DNA of 64,000 nt, taken from positions 53,616,853-53,680,852 of the forward strand of contig NC_068994.1 of NCBI RefSeq assembly GCF_001194135.2, given 5' to 3'. The notes beneath the pieces were generated by a model, which was not told where the DNA came from, made no database searches, and was given only the letters and a program-made list of their open reading frames with translations. A program made the translations under genes and the position numbers. Positions 26,101 to 38,625 of the stretch are shown here, piece by piece; positions within the stretch are counted from its first letter, which is position 1, and the number at the start of each line of letters is the position of its first letter. The stretch is from Octopus bimaculoides (taxonomy: Eukaryota).

Positions 26101-27509
26101 GCGATCTGCCTCTCGTGGATTCATATAAAAAAGATTGGAGGTGGTACAGGATAATACAATACATATAGAGCGGAACTGAATCATGCAAGAAAGGGAATAA
26201 CAATAAAAATTATAACAAGTAAATCCCCAAAGGAGAGAGACTTCCAAGGGCTGCTTGTAGAAACCCCACAAAAACCATGATCACCCTGACCTCTAGAGCA
26301 AGTGCCTTCACCACTTCATCTACTTTCTCTAGAGGCACAATGCTCAGAGCAGGCTCATTCACTTGGCCATTTGTACTACATGTGGGATGGGTCTGGTTAT
26401 CAGCTGAGTCCATCACAAAGATCTCCTTGCCACCTTCCTTTGGCCAGGAAGGGCAGGCAGTATTTTTGTCTGATGGCCTTAGTGAAATTGGTTGTATGGT
26501 GGACTAGGTTGAAAGGGCTAAAGATAGACACTTTCCTCCTTGGCCAAGCCCACTTTTTCAAGTTTCCCTTGGAAAGGGAAGTGCTACCACCCAACAATTT
26601 TGTGCTTGTGATAGTGGTGGTGGAGGCAATGGGAATGATGTTGACAGTGCTGGGGCAGGTATTTGAGAATTTGTTTTGATGGTGTCTCCAGCTGTTCTCT
26701 TTTCTTGATGACCAATTGTTCCTTTCAGTGGACAGACAATTCTCATTCACCATCTTTTTTTTTAGCAAATATCAGAATAGTCCCCAAGGGCTACAGATGG
26801 AAAAGAACTAACCAGCTCTCCAAGGTCCTGGTTAGTTTACTTAAGTAACGAAAACAAATGTACAATGCATAACAATGTGTAACAATATGAATAACAACAA
26901 AACTTACAGAGTGATGTGCAACACATGTCGGTGAACGTATAATACTAATACTACTACTACTAATAATAATGATAACAATAATTATAATGATTTCTAATCC
27001 AGGCACAAGGACAGCAATTTTGACGAGGAGTTAGTCAGTACCTTTGATCTCAGTATTCTTGATATATTATTTTATCAGCCCTGAAGGTATGAAAAGCAAA
27101 AATGACCTTGATGGAATTTGATCTCAGAATGTAAAGAATATAAACAATGTTGTTTTTTAGTCTCAGGTCAGTGGTGATCTAGCAAACCTTCGATGAAAGG
27201 TATTTGAAGATCTGACTACAAATTTTACCAAGTTGAACAATCACTAAATGCTGTCTTTTTGGCTTGCATGGTTCCTGTATATGTTGGTTTATATTATGAT
27301 TAACTACTTATTCAAATTTCAGAACTTTATTAAATCATCTTTTTTTTATTATTTTTTTTTTTGTAGACCATTAGTTTATACTAATTCTGGTTTTTATTTG
27401 TTGCTAGTCAATGTTAGTTTTAGTTGATATGGTTTTCCTCTTCATTTGTCAGACAATAATAGAATGCATGAAGAAGTATATGAAAAAGAAAGGAATAAAG
27501 CATGTATAA
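8106..27509 (+). CDS. FANK1: FANK1-like paralog B, 344 aa; join(8106-8115,10865-11048,12699-12826,14999-15080,16807-16881,18327-18392,19445-19659,20983-21155,23361-23405,27453-27509)
   Basis: 1035 nt with no internal stop and consistent phases. FN3 domain (VTSSNHYSVHLDW...GYGEHTVVMDLNPSTEYMFRLRF...WSPPVKAIT) followed by ankyrin repeats (GLSALMNAA, GKTALMHAC, GGTTPLHYA, GWTPLMRCA, GKTCLMIAV, GRTAYQIA). Domain order, length and motifs match vertebrate FANK1 as recalled. The 10-nt exon 1 is inferred from homology with D and C. Confidence 0.9.
8222..8312. repeat. Small fold-back/MITE-like element with a perfect 18-bp inverted repeat
   Basis: gtaaaaaatacgtacacc (8229-8246) pairs with ggtgtacgtattttttac (8288-8305); the loop contains ctaacccta. 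Confidence 0.75.
8737..9045 (-). mobile_element. RTE-type LINE RT fragment
   Basis: GIQWTSGRRLTDLDYA(V)DIALLA...AAKGDLRI.SEK. Confidence 0.75.
9797..10155 (+). mobile_element. Putative 5' LTR (about 340 bp) plus tRNA-Trp primer-binding site of an LTR retrotransposon; internal part runs into the gap
   Basis: Starts TGTAGTGG; AATAAA at 10105; TGGTGACCCCCGACGTGAT at 10137-10155 equals the tRNA-Trp PBS TGGTGACCCCGACGTGAT with one extra C. Confidence 0.7.
11460..11690 (+). mobile_element. Abundant SINE family (representative copy); relatives at about 7680-7770, 15545-15770, 19705-19900, 19905-20260, 32715-32900, 33065-33480, 36950-37070, 52600-52825, 58190-58420
   Basis: Recurrent core ggtacttaatttatcgaccc.gaaaggatgaaaggcaaagtcgacctcggcggaatttga in both orientations. 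Confidence 0.8.
16223..16290 (+). repeat. 14-bp tandem repeat (GCAAAATGCCAYRG) x5 at a SINE junction
   Basis: Units read directly; the array runs into the SINE segment aaatgccactaagcattttgcc. Confidence 0.85.
17225..17790 (+). repeat. Degenerate minisatellite of about 29 bp (tgtgtataagRtcttgtRgttatgg-like) in intron 5 of B; remnant in C at about 41290-41560
   Basis: Periodic recurrence of aag.tcttgt.gttat. Confidence 0.65.
21830..22460. repeat. Unclassified interspersed repeat flanked by (AAT)n
   Basis: GC-richer block bounded by AAT microsatellites at about 21769-21790 and 22446-22464; no coding motif recognised. Confidence 0.4.
23815..26215 (-). mobile_element. Decayed Tx1/L1-like LINE ORF2 (RT to C-terminus) with 3'UTR and (TTA)n tail
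   Basis: SPGLDGLPY; LLNAELKILARVLAKRL; RTIQDNL; QGCPLSSLLYVLTLEPLLR; YADDVT; NVYILSIIYYRL. Confidence 0.85.
26290..26690 (+). mobile_element. Second, oppositely oriented C-terminal fragment of the same Tx1/L1-like family
   Basis: LKGLKIDTFLLGQAHFFKF on + resembles LKGLKTDTFLFGQALNDFFKF on - at 24068-24289. Confidence 0.7.
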
Positions 27510-27659
27510 GTAAATCACTAATGTTAACAAGCATAACTTATGGTATTTTGGTATGTGCCTGCTTACATATTTTCCGGTGTGTCTAACAGCTACTAACATC
27601 TTTTTTTTTTCTTCTGTAAGTTGTATATTATCATCATCCCCATCATTATTTAATGCTTA

Positions 27660-28050
27660 TGTTTCATGCTGGCATGGGTTGGAAGCTTTGACGGGATCTG
27701 ATTGGTCTGCAGAATTGGTATGGAATGAGAATGAGACCCACAAGGAGGGGTTGAGTGTTGAAGTCACCAAAGGTGACAACTTCAGAGGGGGCAGAGGTGA
27801 GATATATGCCTTTAATGCTGGAGGAAGTATTGTCAAAGAATTGCTGATAGTATGAGGAGTTGGGAGAGTGAAAGAGGGAACAGATATATTTGGGAGAAAG
27901 TGGAAGGGAGACTTTGACCCAGAGTAACTGGAAAATGTTATTACTGAAATCCAGGTGAATAACAAGGAGAGTGGAGTCTACATATATGCTGACACTATGT
28001 ATTGGGCAAGCATGGATAAGTCTTGGTAACCCTCTACCAGAAGCCTTGTT
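27660..28050 (-). mobile_element. CR1/L2-like APE endonuclease fragment
   Basis: LWVKVSLP..YICSLFHSPNS...EVVTFGDFN. Confidence 0.65.
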
Positions 28051-29087
28051 CAAAATTTATGAACACAATAAACTCCAGCAAAGTTACGCATAGATCAGGT
28101 GGTTAAATATGACCAGTATATGTGTCCTTAAGCAAGACACTTATTTCATGTTGCTCCAGTCTACTCAGTTGTAAATCAGTAACTGACATGAAAGTTCATT
28201 TTTTTGCTGTTATTGTTGTCGGTGTTGTCAATGCTGATAATGTAGTTGATTGTTATGTATTGTAGCAAAAGATTAAATGATTTTTGTTTTTTTGGTTTTA
28301 CCCTTGAAGGAAACTTGTTTGTAATGAGTTCATCATTCTACTCCATCATTTTCTGTAACTGTTCATTATTTTTTCTTTCTTTTTTTTAAATCTCTGTTAA
28401 TACTTTTTTCACAGGTTTGTATCTGAGAGGGGAAGAGGTATATCTGTTTACACTAGTGTTATTACTGCTACAGCAACTACCTCTTCACCTTTCCCTATTC
28501 CTCCATAAGATGAAGCTATCTGGTATTTCTTGAGAACTTTATTTACAAAATAAGAAAACATAGATGTTAAAATTGTTTTTTTTTTTTTTACCAACCCAAA
28601 GAAAGCAATGTGAACACTGGAATGCTTCAAAGTGTTCTGATCAGTAAAATACACTGAAAGTAACTATTTCTATTGAGTACCAAGACCAGTTGGTTATTGA
28701 AGTGACTTAACATAACAGCTTGCTGTCACCCTTCAGCTAAAGTATACCATCGTTCCTGAGCCTGAAGTTGCAATTCATAGCATAAAACTTAGACTGTTAT
28801 AAACATTCATGGTAACAAGTTGGGTAATAAAATATCCATAAAGTGGACAAATATATTTTCATAGATGTTGATATTTCAAATAAAATTAAAAATAAGTGTC
28901 ACAATTGAATATCAATTAAAACTTAATTTTACAAAGTAATCGCTGGTTGCCAGCTACCAGGTAATGTATACCATAGTACCTCAACTGGAAGTAACATTTC
29001 ATGACACTAGTCTAAATCTGTTATAAATACACAAGCTGAAAAGTTAGGTAACATATATCTACATAGCTGTATGTGTATGTATGTATT

Positions 29088-29350
29088 GGGTCATCCCATA
29101 AATAATGCATTTTTTCAAGTGTATGAACTAAAAGTTGGAGTATCAACTTATGAAAGCAGGTAGTAATTTTACCTTGTCCTTATGTTTTTTAAAGAGTGCA
29201 GTTCGATTTTAAGTTATTTTTTTCAAAGCTATAATGGAAGTGACAAAGGAAAATATTCAGCATATTTTGCTTTATGAGTTTAATAAAGGTAACAATGCAA
29301 TGTGCAAGGAATATTAATGCAGTATATGGGGATCAGATCCCCTGTCCTCT
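29088..29350 (+). mobile_element. Mariner 5' fragment (TIR plus HTH start)
   Basis: tattgggtcatcccataa TIR-like start; HILLYEFNKGNNA. Confidence 0.55.
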
Positions 29351-29429
29351 ACCATGCAAGACCCAAACATATACATATATACTATTAAGTACATAAATGC
29401 ATTCTCTTAGTAAAACTAAGTTTTAAGGA

Positions 29430-30440
29430 TGTATAATCCTGCTGGGGGTGCAGAAGCTAGAGATAGATGAGTGGTTGGTGAGAGCTGTGCAAGCCATGTA
29501 TAAGGATGCTGTCAGGAAGGTGAAAGTCAGCAATGTGTATAGCATTGAATTCAATGAACAGGTAGTTCACCAAGGCTTGGTTCTCATCCCCCTCTTATTC
29601 ATCATAGTCTGCTTGGCCAAAACAGGAATTTAAGACAGAATGCCCTTGGAAGCTCCTCTATACTAATGACCTTGCTCTTATAGCCGAATCACAACCAAAA
29701 TTAGAGAAGAAATTTCAGGTATGGGAGTAAGATCTGGAATCAAAGAGCCTTAGAGTTAATTTAGCAAAGTTAGTAGAAAAACAGACAAATCACAGATCCC
29801 TTCAGGGAGATGCTCCTACTCAATATGTAGATAGAAACTCCATAAGGTATACCCAGTGCAAGCTATGGACACAAAAGTTGCAGCCATATCAGAGGGAGAT
29901 TAGCAAAAAGTCTTGGTGTGTGACACCTGTGTAAAAACAATAAACACTAAGGATGTACAAAGATTAGACTTTGTCAAATGCCCAGAGATATATAGCTTCT
30001 GTTAGGTAGGTTACCAAGTCAGCAGTGGAGGAGATTGCTCTGAAAGCATAGCTGCTAGAATAAGAATGTACTAAGCAGAATTCATAGAGCTACCCTTCTT
30101 GGTAACAAAGGGCCTCTCACTCTAAGTGAAAGGCTAATTGCATGATGCCTGCGTGTGAACAGCCATGCTACATGACAGTGAAACATGGGCTGTGATTGTA
30201 GAGGACATAAAAAAACTTGAAAGAAATGAAGCTATTATGCTCCACTGGATGTGCAATGTCAGTGTGCGCATACGACAGTGTAAGTATCTTAAGAGGAAAA
30301 CTGAGCATAAGAGGCATCAAATGTAATGTGCAAGAAATGAGACTGCATTGGTATGGCCATGTGATATACATGAACAAGGGCAGCTGCATAAAAGAAGTGC
30401 TGATTTCTAACTGAGGGAACCTGTAGAAGAGGTAGATGTA
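29430..30440 (+). mobile_element. Decayed RTE LINE, 3' half of ORF2
   Basis: EWLVRAVQAMY, CPW.LLY..DL and RLHWYGHV; same family as 38665-40212. Confidence 0.85.
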
Positions 30441-30479
30441 GGATGTAGATTTCAATGGTGATTACGATTGTACAACAGC

Positions 30480-30750
30480 TCGGAAATCTCACTTTGATAA
30501 TTCTGATAAGAAAAGAACTGAATTTGTTGGTGAGATCCAGGCCATGATTGACAACAATCCCTCCAAGTCAGTCAGGTCCATCGCCAGGTACACTGAAGTG
30601 TCTGAGTTTCTTATCAAGCAGGTGGTGCATGAAGACATTTGGTATTCCTTATACGAAATTAGAAAGGGCCAAAACCATGAAGGACAAGACCACACTACGA
30701 AGCTTCTGAACAAGCTCAAGTATACCCTCCAAATGAACATGCTTTGGTTA
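30480..30750 (+). mobile_element. Tc1/mariner-superfamily transposase HTH fragment
   Basis: RTEFVGEIQAMIDNNPSKSVRSIAR...VHEDI.YS. Confidence 0.65.
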
Positions 30751-31984
30751 GCTGTGCAAGCATGCATTCCCACACACTATCCACTGATTTTCAGCATAAC
30801 ACCTTTTTGTAAAGTAACGAACATCGGTCCGTAAATAAACATGATAATAAAATCTAAATATTGTGATTGACCAATCCAAATAATCCAGTTTCCAGCAACC
30901 AACCCTACAGGTATGCTTGGAAGTGCTAAATTAAAGAACCAGGCTTCAGCATCTAACAGAGAGAATAGATTGTTGCCATCCAGCATCACCAATTTTCTCA
31001 GTATTACACTGGATAGAATTTTCAAGTTTGGTGTGACAAAGTGTTTATTTGTATTATGGAGCATTTCAAAGATTATACAAAAGTTTTGTCGCTGCAAAGT
31101 AGTTCTTCAAGGGGAAGAAGGCTGGATGTTCACCACTCAAATGCAGTCTGCTTGTGAATGTTTCAAGTGTTGGATTTGAAGCGAATCGCTTTCTGGATTC
31201 TTCTTAGCTAGGATTCGAAACTCAGTCTAGATTCTTCTTTAAGTCCTTTCCTATTATTCTTGGCATTTGCACTAAGAAAATTTATGAGAGTCAACGGTCA
31301 TATTTAGGTAAGCCCTACTATTTCCTGAAGATTCTTAGATTAAATACAGTTAAGACCAGATAACAGACGAAAAATCCCTAGTTTATCCTGACCTAATTTA
31401 AGTAGGAAAATATTACAAATACAAGAACCCAAACTCAATTCTTCCTCCTTAGCCTGACGGAAGAAGCACCTTTTGTATGTTACCGAAGGAATATACAACT
31501 TTCACCCTCTCTACTCATCAACCGAGAGAGGCAAATTCTCTTGCTCTTTCTCTCTCCTTCTTCCATCTGTCTTCTAGCAGTCACGTAGATGAACACAGCT
31601 ACTTAAGAAATCAACAACAAAACTTCGACTAATCTTTGTATTCAAAGAAATTGCTTCTTATATTGTAAACGGTAAAATAAGGGTCATTCAACTATTATAT
31701 TTCTCATGCCACTCATTCCATGGAAGTCTTCAAACCATAACCATTACTCACTTGGTGACACTTGAGAATCAATCTTTTATCTGTCTATATCTTGACCAAA
31801 CACGATATATCAATAAACAACTGTATATAACCACTACAGATTCGTTTGATTAGACAGTATGTGAAAGAATCAGTGGACCAAGGACCCTGTTGGACGTCAG
31901 TGGATGATGATAGAATAATATCAGTAGTATGGAGCATGTTTGGTGATTCATAAAATTAACAGGTCAATGGGTTGATGGTCAGGA

Positions 31985-32200
31985 CTACACTAAAGTAGTA
32001 AAACTTCCAATGTGACCTCGATCCATGCAACTGAAAGCATTACTCATATCAAACTTCACAGTAAGACGTTGGGAGTTCGTTGATTGGGCTTCGATAGCAT
32101 TCAATGAATTGTCTAGCGCTGATTTTTTCACCCAATCAACAGACAACAAACTTGGAAATATATTTCGCAAAGAATCTTCTGAAGATGTTGTCCACATTTA
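31985..32200 (-). mobile_element. Possible CRE/NeSL-like RT fragment
   Basis: VKFDMSNAFSCMDR resembles the RT D..NAFN motif; very short. Confidence 0.45.
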
Positions 32201-33526
32201 TAGGACAAATGTCACTGTCCTTCTCTAAGTAGTCAAACTAGATGGAAAGAAGCGCGGAAAGACTACGAGCATGGAGTTGAAACCACCGCAAATAATCAGT
32301 TGGTGAGACACTATCGCCCTCAACAGACTATGATCAGTCTCTGCCTCATGGAATGACAAAGTGAGCAGGACAAAACCCATCAAAACCTCTACTAGTCGTT
32401 ACAGGGTAAGGAGGGGTATTTAGTGGGGAGGGGATGGGTCTGAACTCTGCAGATGAATTAGGATGCTTGAACCTGAGAAGTGGTCTATACTTCCTCACTG
32501 GGATAAATTTCCAAGTTGTCCAATGAAATTACCCTTCTGGCTGCACCTTTAATGAGACTTACGTTTACGGAATCATGTGAAGGTTCTGAATTACCAGGTG
32601 CCCTCTATGAAATCATTCAACGACCTGCTAGAAATAGAAGCCAAATCACCTTCAAATTATACCTTACCGTTTTAAGAAAGAAAGAACATATATAATAATT
32701 ATTTCAAATTTTTGCCACCGGGGCAGCTTGGGAGAGGTGAGGATGAGTCGATTACATAGACCCGTATTCAACAGGTACTTATTTTATCGAACGACAAAGT
32801 CGAGCTCGACGTTATTTGAACTCAGAACGTAACGACAGGCGAAATACCGCTCAGCAATTCACTCAGCGTGCTAACGATTGTGCGAGCTCGCCACCTTAAG
32901 AACATATGTAATAATGTAATTTGATATACACCAAAACAGAAAAAAAAGAAAATGAAAATTGCGAGAAAGTTTTGCTCATACTTCGGCAAAATACAACCCA
33001 GAATAGGGAAAATATATAAGTTTATAAAAGGATGGAAAATTATCAAGGAGAAAGTAAATAATATAATGGGTTCTCATTTAAGAACAAGGCCAGCAATTTT
33101 GAGGTGACCATCGATTCTTGTACTTGGCTAGTACTTCATTTTATCGACACTCGGCTGGAATTGACCTCGCGGGAAATTGAATCCAGAACAAAATAACATA
33201 TCACAATGTATTCTCCACCCCCACTTACGTTTCTAACTGCCAGCGCGTAGTTGGCTGTAGTGTTAAATAAAATAATGGTTTCTAATTTATGTACAGTTCT
33301 GAGGGGTGAGATTTAATCGAGATCATCGATCGCAACACTTGCCTGCTGTATTTTATCGACTTAAAAAAAATGGAAGGTGAAGTTGACCTCGGCAGGAATC
33401 GAACGTAGAACATACAGAACCAAAAAGACACCTCAAAGTATATTCTCCGACGCTCTTGCGATCGTCATATTTTAGAGAATGGAAGTGAGCGATTTTTCTT
33501 TTCCTTTCCCTAGGTCTAAGTAAGTA

Positions 33527-33681
33527 TAATAAACAACGTGCATGTTTTGTCTTTTCAAAACAGCGTCTTGTTTGTAGCTTCTTGAATAGATTTTCATCGT
33601 TAACTCTCAACAGTCTACAGGTTCAGTATCATTCGAGCGAGTGTTAATAGACTTATTTCGTGTACACTGCAATTTCAACAA
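33527..33681 (+). promoter_or_regulatory. Conserved upstream block and exon 1 of paralog C
   Basis: ataaacaacgtgcatg...aaaacagcgtcttgtttg; ends tgtacactgcaATTtcaacaa|GTAGGT. Confidence 0.6.
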
Positions 33682-34399
33682 GTAGGTCAAGTTCATGTTT
33701 TTGTTTTATTTTGTTTCTTACTTATATATATTTAATTTGAAGTTCGCTCTCAAAAGAGAAAAACAAAATTATGGTCTATTGTAATTGTTTCATTTTACAT
33801 TTTTGCATAGCCAAGGCCTCTCCTTCAGAATAAGGGGAAGATTGCATGCGAAGGCAAGTGCTATATTGTAGTGGTTTGGAAATGATGATTCACTGAGAAT
33901 TGTTGCAGCCAATCATTCCAGAAGATGGTTGAAGTTGCACTTCATAAAATGCATCAAAAGATAGATATAAAATCTAAAATATAATTTTGCTCTTAATATT
34001 AAAAAAAAATTTCCTGGAGAACATGCATTTTTTAAAAAACTAGAATAATTCATGCTATTACTTTAAAAAAGTTATTTTTCTAATCAGTAATGTTTTGCAG
34101 TGTTTGAGGATATATAATATTTTTAGCTTTTGTGTCAGGAGCTAAAAAGAACAAATTTCAGAAACAGTGTTATATAACCTGTAACACCCCTTTAAAAAAA
34201 TTTCACTTTGAAGACACCAAAGTGCAACCCAAAATGCGGAATATACATATATACATTCACTTCTATGTGTGTTTGTAGGGAAAGAAAGAGAGAGAAGGGG
34301 AAAACCAGAGTTTCCGTGGAACAACCTGCTGAAGTCTCAGACCAAACGTCATCCAGATGATGAGTAACTGAGTGTTAAATAGGTTTATAAAAATGAGAC

Positions 34400-34710
34400 A
34401 GACCCAGACAGACTGAAAGAAGTAAATAGCGTAGCCAGAAAAGAAGCTATATGTGCAGTATACTTAGTAAAAGAAAGGTAGAAAGAATGGTTTTATATCA
34501 TTTGGCATGAAGGTTAGAGACACTAGATGCTCAGAATATTGAGACAGTGTACGAGAGGAAATCAAAATGTTGCTGGGGAAAATTGTATAGGGGGTGATAA
34601 CGGTACACTTGCTTTCGATGACACTCAAGAGAAAGAGACATGGAAGTGCTAATCTGAGAAGCTGCTGAATGTGGAGAATGCATTTGAGAAAAGAAGTTTA
34701 CCACAACTAG
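34400..34710 (+). mobile_element. Decayed RTE ORF2 linker fragment
   Basis: ARKEA..VYL...ENCIG.D.GTLAF...ETWKC..EKLLNVENA. Confidence 0.65.
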
Positions 34711-34751
34711 ATCAGAACTATTCTTCTTTCAAGTTGACTGCAGTGAGGTAG

Positions 34752-34863
34752 TGAAACTGTTTTACTACGCGTGTGCAACTCGAGGGGCTTCCGGTGGTGA
34801 AGTCCCCTGCGCATGCGCAGAATAGTACTTCCTCATTGGCGGCTATAATTTCGCGCCACTACA
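34752..34863 (-). mobile_element. Truncated homolog of the 9797 LTR 5' end, inverted orientation
   Basis: The reverse complement tgtagtggcgcg..gccgcca..aggaagt..tgcgcatgcgcagggga..ccggaag..cgag aligns with 9797-9900. Confidence 0.7.
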
Positions 34864-35492
34864 AAGGATTTGAAGGTAGGTGGAGCTGTGGGCCCATTGC
34901 AGAAAGTCATGAAGAGTTGCTTCAAATGTCTGGCATAGAAGAATTTGGTTCAGTCAATCAATCAACCAAGTAATACAAAGTTGCCAAGTTATTGCAAAAT
35001 TGATTAGGAATTGGATTAGAATAGAAGAGGTGTATGTTCCAAATTCAAATCCAGACAAAGTAGACTTTGAACTTCATCTTTCCCAAGAACAATAAATTGA
35101 TACAAGTGAAGCACTGTATCTATTACAAAATGCTTGCTCTTGTGCATCTGTTTAAAAATCATTATCATTAGTTCAGTTTCTGTAGGAGTTCACTCATCCT
35201 TCAACCCTCAAGGGCTGATAAGGTAAATTTCAAGGATGAACTCTAGGAAGTGAGATGATTCTATTTTCTTTCCCTTGAAATCTGCAGTTGTCATGTATAT
35301 CTATGATTATAATTATTCATTGTGTCCTTTATATCAAGTAGTGGAATGTGGGTAGAAGTTTTAACTTCTATTTCTAGTAAACTGAATGACTTTATTTGGG
35401 CTCCTTCAGCTTGACAAATTTGTTTTTTTTTTTTCTGCCAGTGTAAAAAATTCTAGTTAACATTTTATATATTTTTTTTTTTCTTAGAAAAT

Positions 35493-38400
35493 ATGGAAAT
35501 CTTAGCGGCTGAAGTAACTTCTTCAGACCATTATTCTGTACATCTTAACTGGTCTTCCTCTCTGCTTCAATTCAAATATAAGCTTTTATGTGAAACAGAG
35601 AGAATCTATACTGTGGTACAGAAAATCGAGGGTAGTATTGCAGAGGAGGACAAGTGGCAGATTGCATATATGTGAGTACCTCTACTTGTTATGATTTCAC
35701 TAGTAGGATAGATAACTTTCAAAAATAAAGGAAAATTTCATTTGTCTGAAAATCAAAATTGATGTCATTGGGATTTTTTTAATAGTCTAGTCAGGAGGCT
35801 ATACCCTTTGCACATCCTCCAAGACTGGTGAGAGTGATGTGGTTGATGTTCATCTTGAACAACTACATGAAAATATGGGTGGGATCAAATTTTCTGAAGT
35901 TTGACACCCCAATATCCAATCTGTCAAGGGATTGGTCATTGTAGTTACTGTGGGGCCTGGTAGGGAAAACACAATATGGGTGTCAAGAGGAGGAGAGACA
36001 GGTATGTCAAGTGAACATTGGTGGATGTGATATGCAACTAGCTCCTCTCCAAGAAGAAACTGTTATATAAAGGTAGAGAAGAATTTCAACCAACTCATCA
36101 TTCCAACATCCTCAGTTATGACACAGCTGAATTATTAAGACTACTTATGTGTGACAGAGAAAGAGAGAGACTCACATACAATACCCATTGTAATAGCCAA
36201 ACTATACTGGCTTGTTACTTTTATTACAGAGGATATGGTGAACATACAGTTGTGATGAATCTTAATCCAAGTCAAGAGTACCTGTTTAGAATTCGATTTC
36301 ATCGAAGTGATGATAATTACTCTGCCTGGTCACCTTCAACAAAAGCCATCACAGAAAGTGAATAAACATCTTAAATTACTTTTATTTTACACATTTTCAT
36401 TTCTCTTATATTTTTACTGGTTCCAATCAGCTGAGTGTTGCCATGCTGAGGCTCTGATTCATTATTGTAATTTTTTTATTCTTTTATTTTTTACATTTAT
36501 GAATTTTTAACAATTTAGTTTTAGTATGGTATGGTATGTATGTATGTCTCTGTAAAGTATGTAAATTTGTATACCTGAATGGTTAGCATTGTTATCTTTG
36601 AAATCATCATCACTACTACAGTAATCCTACTTATCATCATAATCATCACCATTATTTTCCAATTCATCACTTCCATCTTCCTCCCTTTGCCTTTCCTTCC
36701 ACATCATTATGATCATTAAGCTCATTATCTTTGCTCTGATCATTAATTTAAGTTTCTTTTACCTTTTTAGCATGTATTCTGCTGGTTTACAATACATCAG
36801 CCTGCCATGCATCTTGGCTCTTCCTTATCTCTTCTGTAAGAGGTTCCATGTTCTCAGTCAGCAACCTGAGCTGCTTCTTCTCAAGTCTTCTTTGTACCTC
36901 AACTGTCTCCTGTTTCTGCTTTGAGGACATATCTGAAGACATTTTAGGGACACATGCGAGCTGGCAGAAACATTAACACACTGGGCAAAATGCTTCACGG
37001 TATTTTGTCTGTCTTTACATTAAGTTCAAATTCCACCAAGGTCAACTTTGCCTTTCATCCTTTTGGGGTTGATGCTATGTTTATATCTTTTTTAAAATAT
37101 AGTAGAAAGATCCTATACAACCACTCAACTTGCTAGATACAGCAACTAAATTTCACTCAAATCGCATAGTACCATCTAATTAAAAGAAAGGACACATTAG
37201 ATACTGTATCCCTTGACACCCCTAAAAAAACAAGATAGTCTGGTCACTACTGGAATGCCTTTGGTAAAAAGTCACTTCAAACCACAACTATAAAATTCTT
37301 CTTTTTGCTTTATTTTTTTTATTTGAGTGCATGTGCGTTTGTTTATGAAGGGTTAATAAATGGATTGTTTCCAGTACAAGACTCAAGGAACAGTCTCTTA
37401 AAATTCTAGTGATAATATTTATTTAATCAAGTAATTAAATAAAGAAAGGACTAACTTGTTAAATTCAGTTCCGTTTCTTTTTTCTACAGAAGAACCATAC
37501 TATGGTGAGAACTTACATGACGCTGTGAGCCAACAGAAATTTCAAGAAATTCATGATGTGTTACAATCTGGGTGAAATACCATGTTTTTTCATTTATTTT
37601 TTTACACCAACCACTTTACAGTGTGGACTGGGTGCTTTTAAGTAGCACCTGCACTGACAGGGTCACCAAGTACTTGCAAGACAAAAAAAAACTTTCAAGA
37701 GGGGAGGAGGCATTGGAGGAGGTGGTCTTATGTTCGATGATGAAAAGGTTATAGTGAAATAGACACAGGTGTCTTGCTGTAGAGGAAGTACAATGTTACC
37801 CGGCCAGAGAGAGGAAGATCAGGAATGAAGACAGAAACAGGTGTACTACCGCAAAGGAAATACATGGTTTCCCAACCTGAAGGAAGTGGAAGACATCAGG
37901 ATACAGATGGTGGCAAAATGTTGGGCATACTCACAAGGAACAGTGATCAGAATATATATGGGATGGTTGAGTAAAGGAAGAGAGAGATATACGATGGTGG
38001 CAAGTGCCAGGGCATACCCTTGAGATTCAAATGCCATAATATAAGTGGCAGGATATTGCAATGGTAGTGTGATTAAAGAGTGTGAGTAAGTGGCGAAAGA
38101 CCTAGAGATGTATAGAGTTAGTGGGGCTACTAGTAGCAATGACACAGAATAACAGGGTTGTGAGAACAGGATTGGGGAGTGAGAACTAGGCATAGTGTAT
38201 GAAGGAGTTAGGTGTGGGTGGAACACACAGGTTGGGAGCTAGTAGATAGCAATAATAGAGTGAGATGGAGCATGTGAGTAGAACACAGATCAGAGGCAGG
38301 CAGAGAGCAGTAGGCACAGGGCAAAGAGGACAAGATTGGGGAGTGGGAGGTAATCAAAGTACATGAAGTGGAAATGTGAGAAAGAGAAGAGATGTAGTTT

Positions 38401-38592
38401 GGTTTGTTGTGGCAGAGTGTATGTGAGAAGTTTTCTTGTTAGGTGTGGGTGGGACACACAGCACTTCTAGAACTCAGTTTCGCTGATGTGGGTGGATCTT
38501 CTCAAGAACTTCATATTGCCAGATATCTTGGTCCATTGTCATTTCCTCCATGAGGCCCAACTTCCTGAGATCGGTTCCTAACACTTCATCCC

Positions 38593-38625
<33 letters not shown>

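Noticed and set aside
34325-34350. Hammerhead-ribozyme-like motif cctgctgaagtctcagaccaaacgtc
   Set aside because: Two core mismatches (CTGCTGA, CAAA) and no convincing stems I/III.
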